This document shows positions 36,101 to 44,904 of a stretch of 64,000 nt of DNA, one piece after another (the stretch's first letter is position 1; each line of letters opens with the position of its first letter). The notes beneath the pieces are model-generated. The model was given only the letters and a program-made list of their open reading frames with translations. It was not told the origin of the DNA and searched no databases. The DNA is from a virus (lineage: Duplodnaviria > Caudoviricetes). The position numbers were made by a program, and so were the translations under genes. The stretch spans positions 1-64,000 of the IMG/VR virus record IMGVR_UViG_3300033120_000574. The stretch is one strand, 5' to 3'.

Positions 36101-36366
36101 CCCGTTGCAGGTACGTTTCCAGTTCCCGTATTATACGGGATAACACGAACGTTATTGCCATCAATATATACTTCACCACCAGAAGCGGCTGAGATGGTTA
36201 CTGGACCCAAGTTTCCAGTAGTAGCTGTTGCATTAGTGCAGTAACGCGTATCTGTGTCTATTGTTAGTCGTGCGTTCAACGACAAGTTATACGTATCATT
36301 TCCAGCACGTGTGGAAAAGAACGCTTCATCAAATGTGCGGTTTGAGTTAACAGTAAACGTTGCCAT
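33151..36366 (-). CDS. Large tail fibre/spike-like virion protein (1071 aa)
   Basis: T/G/A-rich; beta-helix-like middle; two internal repeats W.RS.TTATVTSV.HGL..GD...DTF.F..LNAG.TSGT. Confidence 0.7.
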   Translation of the reverse strand: MATFTVNSNRTFDEAFFSTRAGNDTYNLSLNARLTIDTDTRYCTNATATTGNLGPVTISAASGGEVYIDGNNVRVIPYNTGTGNVPATGTTVTQGGVTAVLLGVWSALNAAPTAAGAAMPTTGWVKVKNKTGGDFAAGAITGPACTATGPDIVGWIEVVGVEAATMTISRTGKFTVRGNWFELYTTSGSSATTYQLPASQANTYYPGVWVETAVGTGEFEHYPCAGSLVGVGTIANDTIRGKMCWISSQGLLRFGTDGTNTNGFLPAAGLRIRTPNVITINVTAGAMNTNAVPNATLATRYDFTTTGAGTIDIENMCLAWHTQFTQPYAVRVLYSGVLETITILECATAIEVTDVLVGQTAAQVNTPLFLNLCLAGGTFTNLTCTRASLTSASNFICSVSDCANLQFLQVRTHSFLQRGNVGAGAWSATRVQNSLWNACVLGCGSIFMTNCSSCVIEDVQYYDRIAGSTNSTAGVYAASLSVCNDIVLRNFSMGGLFMSGPYLGFVNISAGCARIDIRQFGSSTGPLDCGAPPVNAVSWSRSGTTATVTSVAHGLKVGDSVYVSISSDIAAITVASKTIATVPTADTFTFAALNAGSTSGTLSYTPTVVGALLVLASSVDIRVQQVYLSNLRQFLLSSDNSSTRIVFDNVYGSQWGTLLLPALNMTARGVEALTPFTAQTSTYGTHWYDGHFQELSPDRFFIPWTRSSTTATVTSVNHGLRTGDFINVIVCSDTAAVVRGVKTITALTPDTFSFTCLNAGGTSGTMDFEEVASRIAIQMNEPTANTAAQVTVTAGTPTFTSAGQLYMPTIGDQVVFTTPYQILGYTHFCRALPVMLGGTLSNHHIEYQIDLRDGNGYSSWKNLAYPRTGGGGASASTTVTMTDTTGVSVGDYISGTNVAVYATVVSVDSSTNITVSLPNIGTVSGTLTFFRLPTEVVPSFLNGFNLKWRFTTVATNVAAITALYVFTGSTTTSRNTKYPLDFFNLEVTGLPNGTIVRVYDGDIAIDLIGEATVTGGTGKASFSIPVDTYNAVNIVVAREANYLQRLSYFDVSSNADISIPLSLTTDLQYTP

Positions 36367-36369
36367 GGA

Positions 36370-36777
36370 TTAGGCGTTTCCGTCCGTAAGTGTGAAAGAT
36401 GTGATTGTTACTTGTTGACCGGTAGCAAGAGACGTGTTGTCTAGTGTCATGTCACCGCCACCACCAGTAATGGTTACGGTTCCTTGTAGACCGCATACCG
36501 TTCCAGCGGAGTCGTAGAGTCTAAAGTGCGCTGCTGTGCCTGTAGCGTCTGCTGACAAGTCTTGCCACACACCTGACAGTGCTTTGCTACCGGCTGAGGC
36601 GGCTGCCATCCAATCTGCCGGAAGTGTCAACGTAGCCAATACCGTGCCAGAGTCTGCAGTTGCACAGGTTGCAGGAGGCGGACCTGATCTAATACGCAAA
36701 ACAGCAGTAGCACCAATAGTACTCTCAATAACATCTAGACGTGCGTTGCGTACAGCAATAGAAAGTTGAATGGCCAT
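36370..36777 (-). CDS. Conserved small phage structural protein
   Basis: MAIQLSIAVRNARLD...GTVLATLTL...ADATGTAAHFRL...ITSFTLT; GAGG ribosome-binding site. Confidence 0.75.
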   Translation of the reverse strand: MAIQLSIAVRNARLDVIESTIGATAVLRIRSGPPPATCATADSGTVLATLTLPADWMAAASAGSKALSGVWQDLSADATGTAAHFRLYDSAGTVCGLQGTVTITGGGGDMTLDNTSLATGQQVTITSFTLTDGNA

Positions 36778-36897
36778 ATAGTTCCTCAATCGCTTAGTTG
36801 AAATGACCTGTCGGTTTGAGGATACGTATGCCGTATTAACCTTGACAGGTTCTGTTGCAACTAATCTAGCAGATTGAGCCCTATATGGCCACGTATA

Positions 36898-37077
36898 TTA
36901 CTTCGTAGTTTCAAGTGGAGGTAAACCCTCATCTTCCCTAACCATGTTTACCGTCCGCTGGTCAGGTAGCTTTGATTTCAAGACACGTACCTCAGATTCT
37001 AGCTTACCAACTCTATCTAATAGCTTGTATACTTTTTGCTCAAGATTGTAAATCTGTTGTTCTTGATGTAGACTCAT
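36898..37077 (-). CDS. 59-aa coiled-coil peptide with portal-like TxNxxR..GLPPL tail (not in ORF track)
   Basis: MSLHQEQQIYNLEQKVYKLLDRVGKLESEV...RTVNMVREDEGLPPLETTK*. Confidence 0.6.
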   Translation of the reverse strand: MSLHQEQQIYNLEQKVYKLLDRVGKLESEVRVLKSKLPDQRTVNMVREDEGLPPLETTK

Positions 37078-37702
37078 TGTTTACCTTCAATAATTTGATC
37101 CAGTCCACACACAGCAGCAGCAAGTGTAATAGCAGAGTGTGAGACTGTGTTAACGCCCTGAACGCCTGTGGCTGTGAAAGAGCCCCACAGGACACTAAAG
37201 TTCACAGTCATTGCATGTTTCCGCATCAAAAGTTCTAGTTCTTCAACACTTAAATTGCTGTTCATTTTGTCCATTCCTTTGGAAAGTTGATCTTAGCTAT
37301 GGCTTGTTGTGCAGCAGCTACTTCGTAATACAGTTCATCAAGGTTCTTATTCTTCTCTGCAAGAGCTTTAGTCAAAAACCTTACTTGTTCACGAAGTTCA
37401 TTACGTTCCGCCAACAGAGGAGAAAACCCAACACCATCTGGTTCTGCTTTTGCATCATCACTGCTAACCGTACAAAGAGCACAGCCTATGCGATGCTCAT
37501 TGCACTTACAACAGCTTGGGTGAACCTGTGGTGCTAACTCAAGTTCTTCCGGAAGATAGTTTCCGCCGTTGTATGGTTGCAGACAGCCGACAACATCCCA
37601 CTTAACATTCACGCTGTTGGCTTTGGGTTGATATCTAACAGTGCCGTGTTCTCGGTTCCACGGTCCGTTTACTAGACGGACTCTGTCATTAGTCTTAAAC
37701 AT
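37074..37702 (-). CDS. Two hypothetical ORFs (37074..37274; 37262..37702, SH3/KOW-like N-terminus + coiled coil)
   Basis: ORF track. Confidence 0.55.
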
Positions 37703-37708
37703 AGATCC

Positions 37709-38380
37709 TCACAGATGAATGACGGTTGGCAGCCAGTGAGCCTTGCCTGTAGAGTCACCTTGGCAGGCTGCATTCACGACTATGGTGCCAAAGTCAGTAG
37801 CGTGCACTCCAAATCCGCCATGAATGTGACCACAAATATGGTACTTAGGGCGAACAACCTTGAGTCGTGCAAGCAGACCTAAGTCGCCAACACATATTCT
37901 GTTGTTGGCATCGTACATATCATCCACTTCATCAGCAATGCCAAGCGGTGGACCATGAGAAACAACAATGTCCGTTCGCTCTGGAATCTGCTTCCAATGT
38001 TCTTTACACGTGAGCTTTCCACTTCCACTGTCTCGCTTTAACTGAAATGCCCAACCATGTCCAAACTCAGGCGTATAAGGACTGCCCCAAATATACTTGC
38101 CCATTATCTCGATACCCGATTGGTTGAGATAATGAATATTGTATGTTTTGCACAGATCTTCAACAACCTCTGAGTTGTTTTGACAAAAGATATCGTGGTT
38201 GCCTGCGATGATTACCTTGTGTTTTATTTGTCCGTGGTTAGCAAGCCACTTCACAAAGTCTTCAACTTCTGAGAAACGACCTGCATTTGTGAAGTCTCCT
38301 GCATGAATCAAGAGGTCACAAGGAGGTAAAGACAGTTTACGATGCACACTGTGTGTGTCACTAATACATACAATTTTCAT
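37709..38380 (-). CDS. Calcineurin-like metallophosphoesterase
   Basis: ISDTH, HAGD, IAGNHD, SHGPP, GHIH. Confidence 0.9.
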   Translation of the reverse strand: MKIVCISDTHSVHRKLSLPPCDLLIHAGDFTNAGRFSEVEDFVKWLANHGQIKHKVIIAGNHDIFCQNNSEVVEDLCKTYNIHYLNQSGIEIMGKYIWGSPYTPEFGHGWAFQLKRDSGSGKLTCKEHWKQIPERTDIVVSHGPPLGIADEVDDMYDANNRICVGDLGLLARLKVVRPKYHICGHIHGGFGVHATDFGTIVVNAACQGDSTGKAHWLPTVIHL

Positions 38381-38525
38381 TTGAATTCCCTGTCTGCTTT
38401 GATTTTGAAAGCAAGTCCTTGCTTTAGGATTTGTTTGGATAACGTGTGTACACGGGTAGCAATACGAAAGCACACTATTGAGAGGTAATAGTGTGCGTAT
38501 TGTCTCTTTAGTTTGAAGAACTGCT

Positions 38526-39319
38526 TCATTGCATGTCGAAGTGCCATTCTTTAGCTTGTGCAATCTTGATCCCCAAGTCAATACCGTGTCGCATAATATC
38601 TACAACTTGAGGACGCGGAATGCGACTATGTTTATCTACGTAGTCTTCCAAAAGACAACCCAAGTACGCTTCAAACTGTTCCTCTTTAGGTAAAGCCAGA
38701 ACACGGTAAGTTTGGTCTGTTCGTGTCTGTATAAGCTGTACACGCTCTCTATCGAGAAACAAAACAAGATTCATGCTCATGGAATCCTACCTACCTGCCA
38801 AACGTTGGCCAGTCCAAGTGTTAGCAGTGCGTTTTGCAATGAATTGCATAGCTGCAGATTGCACGCGAGCGGCTTCTTGTAATGCCTTGTACAAGGCTTT
38901 AATAGCTATTTGTGGAGACACGTACCCACCCGTGGCTTCAATGCCAGCAGCATATGCATTCCACGTCTCTGTGCCATCATCCCACTTTATCATATCCAAA
39001 TACACGCACGGATCAAGAATGTTAGACTTAGTGGAAATCCACTGTTCTCCAAATTTAGAACTATAAATCTCTCTAAAGTTCATACTCAGAACAGTCTTAA
39101 TTCGTGGCTTTTTAGCTTTCATTTCTTCAACTCCGTTGCTTCACACTTACACATGAGAAGGATCTTGTGACACTTCTCACATTTTGGAAGTTCTTTAGGT
39201 TCTTCTTTTTTAGTCATATACCTGTTTACCAACCTATCCAATAAACCACTTCGCAGTAGTGGAAAGCCAATTGACGCAAGAACAGTCAAAAACAAAGTGA
39301 CAGTAAGAGCTATAATCAC
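38526..39319 (-). CDS. Three small hypothetical ORFs (38526..38780, 38787..39122, 39119..39319 membrane)
   Basis: ORF track; coupled. Confidence 0.55.
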
Positions 39320-39969
39320 TTAAGTACTCCAAGCCCATCCTTCAATAACCACACTTTTTTGTCACTTGCCAACAATAAATCCAACGCAAAAATGTAATTA
39401 CCGGTCAAAGGACCAGTACGTATGTTGATTATTGTGGATTGCAGCTGTTGCTCTTCTTCGTGTATCCTGGCTTTGCTGTCAACGGTACCTGCCAGTGCCT
39501 GCCAACGAGGCTGAGTCATCCAGTGAAAGCGATTGTGTGTCGAAGACAGCATGCAGTACACAGGTGAATGGTTCTTTGTGAAGACAAGCAATGGAACCTT
39601 ATCTGGTGGACACTCACGCACAGTCTGTTCCCACCAAGAATGAATCTTAGTCTTGTTTGAAGTTAGGATCTGTTCAAGAGTCCAGCCTTCAACCTTCTTA
39701 GATTCTACACAGAATGGGAATGTAGAGTCAGTAGTTACCAAGTCGCCAGCCATAGAAGACGTATCAATGCCTGCAAATCCCTTAGTTGCAAATGCACCAG
39801 ATCCAGGCGTACGGAAGAACTCGGAACCCCACCAAGCAGAGAACAGTTTTGCTAACCTACGTTCAGCGCTCTGTCCCTTAGTGCGCGAGTTGATCTTCTT
39901 TTTCTTTGGTGTCTCAACCAAAACGGAAGCCACTTTTTTACTAGTGGCTTTCTTAACTGGCTTTTTCAT
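39316..39969 (-). CDS. Holliday junction resolvase (PD-(D/E)xK, Hjc-like)
   Basis: NSRTKG..AER...RTPGSGA...GDL...FCVESK. Confidence 0.8.
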   Translation of the reverse strand: MKKPVKKATSKKVASVLVETPKKKKINSRTKGQSAERRLAKLFSAWWGSEFFRTPGSGAFATKGFAGIDTSSMAGDLVTTDSTFPFCVESKKVEGWTLEQILTSNKTKIHSWWEQTVRECPPDKVPLLVFTKNHSPVYCMLSSTHNRFHWMTQPRWQALAGTVDSKARIHEEEQQLQSTIINIRTGPLTGNYIFALDLLLASDKKVWLLKDGLGVLK

Positions 39970-40424
39970 AGATCCCACGCAAACGATTGTGATTTTGGCA
40001 ATTTAGCAGGCTTTGCTGTTGTTACTGGAACTTGGTTCTTAGCTGGACGCAAGAAATATGCAGTGGTTGCATCTATGGTCTTATATCCCTTTTTCATTTT
40101 GTCTTTAGTACGCTGACTAATGTATTGTCCAGCCAACCATTTATTATCAAACTCTTTAACCTCAGACTGTCCAAGTAAGTTAACCTTACCCCAACGAAGT
40201 ATGACCCTTATTTTATAAGAATCCATCGGTAGTGGTAGCTGTAAAGAATCTATTGCAATGCTTCCTACTACGTAGTAACTCCAATACTTGTCAGACCCGT
40301 CCTCAGTGCAATGCAGGTGAATCGTGTCATACAAGTAGTTAAACTCTTGAGGCAGCGGTGTAACTAGGTTAGCAGTGTCCAGAGTGTAGATGTCTTTTTG
40401 TGCTGAGTTAGTTAACAGATTCAT
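39966..40424 (-). CDS. WGR-domain protein
   Basis: SDKYW...RWGKV...GQ...K.KKGY. Confidence 0.75.
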   Translation of the reverse strand: MNLLTNSAQKDIYTLDTANLVTPLPQEFNYLYDTIHLHCTEDGSDKYWSYYVVGSIAIDSLQLPLPMDSYKIRVILRWGKVNLLGQSEVKEFDNKWLAGQYISQRTKDKMKKGYKTIDATTAYFLRPAKNQVPVTTAKPAKLPKSQSFAWDL

Positions 40425-41038
40425 AATCCTCTTTTATTTACTGTGAATACTGCGTCTCTTGGACTCCAGTTGCGCTCCAGTCTCTTGTATATCGTGAATT
40501 GCGTGACTTGGCAACGAGGATCTCGTGACCACTCAGAAACAGTTTTAGTTTCTCCATCGATTGTCAAACGTACATTACTTCTAGTATTTACGTTCTGTTC
40601 TGCGCGAGAAGCCCAACGCACGTTTCCTGGTTCATAAGACTTGTTAGAGTCGATGCGCTCGATCGTGGCTTCCGCAAATGGACGTTTACCAACCATCAAA
40701 AGAAACGCTTCAAAGCTTTCCTTCCAAAGGTCACAAACTACAATTCCACGTCCGCCGTAGTTCTTGTAGTCTTTGTTCTTTGGATTGTGACAGCGCTGAA
40801 GCATGTGGCTCCACGTTGTGTACTCTGGAGATGTGTTCCCCATTGGAGAAGCGCCATGAGACTTCTTAGACAAGCCAACAGAGCAACGCTTACACATAAG
40901 CGTCTTGCCTTGTTCAAGGTCGTACTTGCGTAAGGTAGTCTCTGTTCGCCCACAAGAACAAGAGCATGTGAGCCTTGCTGGATCAACTGGAAGGCGAACA
41001 ACTGTCCACATTCCGTATTTTTTGCCTATGTCAGACAT
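40421..41038 (-). CDS. HNH-type homing endonuclease
   Basis: W..MLQRC.NP...YGGRGI.VC..W...TIERID...YEPGNVRWA...QN.N. Confidence 0.85.
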   Translation of the reverse strand: MSDIGKKYGMWTVVRLPVDPARLTCSCSCGRTETTLRKYDLEQGKTLMCKRCSVGLSKKSHGASPMGNTSPEYTTWSHMLQRCHNPKNKDYKNYGGRGIVVCDLWKESFEAFLLMVGKRPFAEATIERIDSNKSYEPGNVRWASRAEQNVNTRSNVRLTIDGETKTVSEWSRDPRCQVTQFTIYKRLERNWSPRDAVFTVNKRGL

Positions 41039-41910
41039 ACGGTTAATACTCTTATAAGTCGGGATAGTATGGAATTGCTTATGTTGTTGTGATATCCATC
41101 AACCTGATCGAGCAATACTTGGTGTTGCATCTCTACTTGTTCATCATGCAACACGTGTGAAGCAAAGAAGTTCTCCAAGTACTGCAACATTTCTTGTGTT
41201 TTCATTGTAGGTGGTATCGCGTCAATGCATTGTTCTAAGTCAGTAGCCAGGGATAAGTGCATTGGCACAAACATTTGAAATAACGCTAATGACTTTACTT
41301 GTTTGTTATACGGCGAACGGGGTAACCGTAAAGTACTAGGATTGTTTGCTAAGTTCCTAGTCGCAGCGCTGCGTGAAAGACCAACAAACTCAGTATCAAG
41401 CTCACAGTATTCCGAGTACTGTGGAGCTATAAAGTGTGAGTAACGAAGTACAAGATGAGTAGGGAACCAACGGGAAAGTACCTTGTATTCCTTGTCAACT
41501 ACCAATGCAGTGACGTTGAACACATACGAGCGTTCATCTGTAAGCATCGTACAAGCCAAGTCCATGCCAGCTCTCGTACGTGAGAGAAACCGTATGAACT
41601 GTGCTCTACCTTCTGTTGGTTCCCAAACTATCATAGCTCAGTGCTTCTTCTTTAAGAGTTTGGTGAGGTCATCCTGTGTAGCAAGTTTGATACCTGGCTT
41701 CTTAGCCTTCTTTGGCTTTCCACCAAGAGACTGCATAACCACTTCCGGTGGCTTTTCAAGGACTTCAACAGTGATCGTCTTCTCTTCATCATCGATGATT
41801 CGACGAATCTCGTAATTGAGTTCTACAAACTGCTTAAAGCGGTCTGACGCTAGGAGTTGAAGGAACACTTCACCGTGATATTTGAGATTTGCTTCGTTTG
41901 TCATTTTCAT
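41026..41910 (-). CDS. Two hypothetical ORFs (41026..41634; 41638..41910)
   Basis: ORF track. Confidence 0.6.
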
Positions 41911-43739
41911 CCTTTGAATACAGCTTCATTTAGTAAGGTTTTGCGATACTGCTGCCATGGAGCAGCAAAGTTGGATACACCACGAATATTCTCATTCAGA
42001 CAAACAAATGCTTGATGCTCAAAAGGACTCATATGTCCACAGGCAGCCAACATATCGTGACGAGCCATTTCTTCTTCAAGAGTCTTCGTAGAAGAATGCT
42101 TCTCATAAGAGACAGCCGCACAACGAGCAACGCTAAGCTTGATTAATACCTTAGTCGAATACAGCTCACGTTCACGATCTGTGACCAAAGGAATGTGCCA
42201 CTCCCGCTCATTGAGAACAGTTGGTGTGGACGCTTCAATAGCAGCCTTCATGGCACGTGCTGCAGCTTGAATCTCGGGAGCAGCAGCGGCATGGTCACGC
42301 AAAGCAAAGTAGTTATCCCACTCGGTTGCTGAGATGATTTGTGTGACCCATGCAAAAGGCTCTGTAATGCGGTTTGCCAGTTGCTTATGGGCTCCAAGCT
42401 TCTCTAGTCTACGAGCATGCCTCAAAGCATCCGCAAGAGCTTCACGCCAAATCTGCTCAGCTTCTATTGAAGAAGCTTCATCTAGATCCTGTGATGCAGA
42501 CATCCCCTTTTGGTTCTTTCCAAATGCAGAGGGAATGAAAGGCATCTCTTCAATTGCATTACAGCGAGTAGCAACAGGAATAGCACGAGATGACGCAGTA
42601 TTACGTGAATTATGAACAACTATGTCGTTTGCAAAAAAGTTAGGAAACTCTCCAGCAATGGTTAGGTCATACGTGGGTTCGTTCCCACGAAAAGTTACAG
42701 AGGTCACAGCGGCAGTAGCACCATACAAGTAAGTTCCTCCTTGCCAACCTTGGTTTTCATGCGCTGCCTTGTGACAAGGAACACATAGAAGTGTTATGTT
42801 GCTGTTTTCGAAAGCTAACTCTGGATGTGTATGTACCGGAAGAATGTGGTGGATATCTGTACCTTCCGACTTTCCACAGGTTCTACACAAGGGAGATTCC
42901 ACATACATCTTTTCTCTCTCTTTACGTTGCCATACGCTCCTCCAACGTCCATCAAATACACGGAAACGATTCTCATCCACTTTATCTTCTTCTCGTTTCC
43001 CAAACTTTTGAACGATTATGGAATCTGCTGTGGTCAGTTCTTTAATCTTCTTCCATCCATCTACTGTTAGTACAAGATGGTCTTCACTTCCTGCGACCTT
43101 AAAAGAACCTGCGGTAACTTCATACACTGGCTTTATACCTGACTCAAAAGCATCAGTTACAGTAGACCATTGGACATCTCCAGTTGTCTCGTTGATTTGT
43201 CTGATTTTCATATTTTTCAAACGAGGTTGCATATCAAATCTCGTATGAATTGGCTTGCTGTTTCGCCACGCAAAAAAATCACTACCAAGAACAAGCCATT
43301 GTCTTTTATCACTTGCTTTGATAGCGGTAAGATCGCCCTTTCGGCAGGCTGTGTGAACATTTGTTTTGGTCATACCACACAGCTTCGCAATCTCACTTCC
43401 TGTGTATGTCTTCGTAGGAAGTACATCATCTATACTAATTGTCTTTTTTGGATTTGCAGTGATGTGATTTGCTCCATTCAACCACTTATCTACAAAAGAA
43501 GAGATAGTCATCTTGTGTGATCTATACTCTCCTTTACTTTGTTTGCTTGGAAGATCAAACTCTAGTATGGCGTCACCAGCAAGACAAAAAGTCCTATGAG
43601 TATTTTGTTCAGCTAGAATGATGCGAGGAATCGTAATTGCCAAAGTAATCAAACGTGTTTGACGTTTATTCTCTGGAGAGAGTACCTTGTAGGTAGGAAT
43701 TGAGTCGGCAAGGATTTCGCAATGATATGGAGTGGTCAT
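41907..43739 (-). CDS. thyX: Flavin-dependent thymidylate synthase (ThyX-like) with intein
   Basis: Spliced product reads AEQNTHRTF-SRNTASSRAIP; HKQLANR..EPF; HMSPFEH. Confidence 0.8.
   Translation of the reverse strand: MTTPYHCEILADSIPTYKVLSPENKRQTRLITLAITIPRIILAEQNTHRTFCLAGDAILEFDLPSKQSKGEYRSHKMTISSFVDKWLNGANHITANPKKTISIDDVLPTKTYTGSEIAKLCGMTKTNVHTACRKGDLTAIKASDKRQWLVLGSDFFAWRNSKPIHTRFDMQPRLKNMKIRQINETTGDVQWSTVTDAFESGIKPVYEVTAGSFKVAGSEDHLVLTVDGWKKIKELTTADSIIVQKFGKREEDKVDENRFRVFDGRWRSVWQRKEREKMYVESPLCRTCGKSEGTDIHHILPVHTHPELAFENSNITLLCVPCHKAAHENQGWQGGTYLYGATAAVTSVTFRGNEPTYDLTIAGEFPNFFANDIVVHNSRNTASSRAIPVATRCNAIEEMPFIPSAFGKNQKGMSASQDLDEASSIEAEQIWREALADALRHARRLEKLGAHKQLANRITEPFAWVTQIISATEWDNYFALRDHAAAAPEIQAAARAMKAAIEASTPTVLNEREWHIPLVTDRERELYSTKVLIKLSVARCAAVSYEKHSSTKTLEEEMARHDMLAACGHMSPFEHQAFVCLNENIRGVSNFAAPWQQYRKTLLNEAVFKG
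42609..43586 (-). mobile_element. Intein (326 aa) with HNH endonuclease and an extra HTH
   Basis: F|CLAGD...SEDHLV...CRTC..HH..N..LCVPCH...TYDLTI...NFFANDIVVHN|S. Confidence 0.9.
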
Positions 43740-44551
43740 AGTACTTTCAAAAAGATATCAATGTTGTGTTCTAGTTGAGCAAGTGTTCCGTCATTCCTAA
43801 GAATGAAATGAAACTCACTTAGAGGAAAATCCTGCGTTTCGGAAGCATGTTGTGGAATACCAATAGATGCCGCCTCTGCATCTGTTGCTTCACGCAGCAC
43901 CTTCACCAAGGTTCCATGCTTATCTCGGATAGCTGCAAACTCATTTTGAAAACGAACATCTGAGATGACAACGCCTTGTACGTGTTCCGAGTCATGTGTT
44001 TCACGTAAGCCGTGCGCTGGATCGTAGCGAAGTGTAGCGCGTCCCTCATCTGCCATCGTTCCATTCCATCGGGTATGCAGCAACTGTTTCGCTGTGTCAA
44101 GCACAAGGGAGATCCAAACGTCTTCATCTACAGAGTCGCGTCCCCATTCTGTTCCAAGAGCTTGAAGCATGATGCGTGGTGACAAGTCTGGATAGTTACT
44201 CTCAAGGTCGTCAAACCAAGAAAGCAGGGATTGCTTTACTGCCATGATATCCAAATCTGGATACAACTTAAAGATAGGTTCTAACCAGCGGTCAGCTACT
44301 GCAACTAAACGAACAGCTGCATTCTTCCAAGCAGGAGAGCCTGCAAAGTATCTTGTATCGTGTGCATTTCTCATTTGTGAGGGTCCCCACAGTTGATTGT
44401 ATGAGAATAGGAACACTGAGCTTCCTAGACGCTTTAATGGGTCTGCCAAAGCTATGCGTACGTAGGCGTGATGGTCTATCAGGTAGTCAGCAACTGTATC
44501 TTTGCCAGATCCTAGATTGCCACTAATTCCAATGATTCGTTCTTTTTTCAT
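43736..44551 (-). CDS. Deoxynucleoside monophosphate kinase
   Basis: GNLGSGKDT; ADPLK; R..LQ.LGTEWGR; ISDVRF.NE; HASE. Confidence 0.85.
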   Translation of the reverse strand: MKKERIIGISGNLGSGKDTVADYLIDHHAYVRIALADPLKRLGSSVFLFSYNQLWGPSQMRNAHDTRYFAGSPAWKNAAVRLVAVADRWLEPIFKLYPDLDIMAVKQSLLSWFDDLESNYPDLSPRIMLQALGTEWGRDSVDEDVWISLVLDTAKQLLHTRWNGTMADEGRATLRYDPAHGLRETHDSEHVQGVVISDVRFQNEFAAIRDKHGTLVKVLREATDAEAASIGIPQHASETQDFPLSEFHFILRNDGTLAQLEHNIDIFLKVL

Positions 44552-44904
44552 TAGCTTGATGTCTTTCGAATAAACTCATCACTGATACGATAATTGACGT
44601 TGTCCACAAGTGTAGTGGCAAATACATTCAACTCTGCTAGTTGTGTCTCCAACTCAGCTGCACGTTCTATGCACGCCTTGAAGAACAGGGCTTGTTCATT
44701 TAGTGCTCTTGTTCCATGCAGTGTGACCATCAGTGCAATAGCAGTCTTAGTATCTGGCATCTCTAACGCCATACGTGACAAAAGCTTGTCTAACGCTATT
44801 TGTAGTGCATTGGTTTTGTGTTTTATATTCTGCTTGATCTTCTCACCAGGGAGAACGCAGTAGTCGCCTTTAGTAGTATCTACTATCTCAGCTTTCATTG
44901 TCAT
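44551..44904 (-). CDS. Hypothetical protein
   Basis: ORF track. Confidence 0.6.
   Translation of the reverse strand: MTMKAEIVDTTKGDYCVLPGEKIKQNIKHKTNALQIALDKLLSRMALEMPDTKTAIALMVTLHGTRALNEQALFFKACIERAAELETQLAELNVFATTLVDNVNYRISDEFIRKTSS

Noticed and set aside
33311-36244. Many + strand ORFs opposite the structural and replication genes, and - strand ORFs opposite the accessory arm
   Set aside because: Antisense shadows of real genes with no recognisable motifs.
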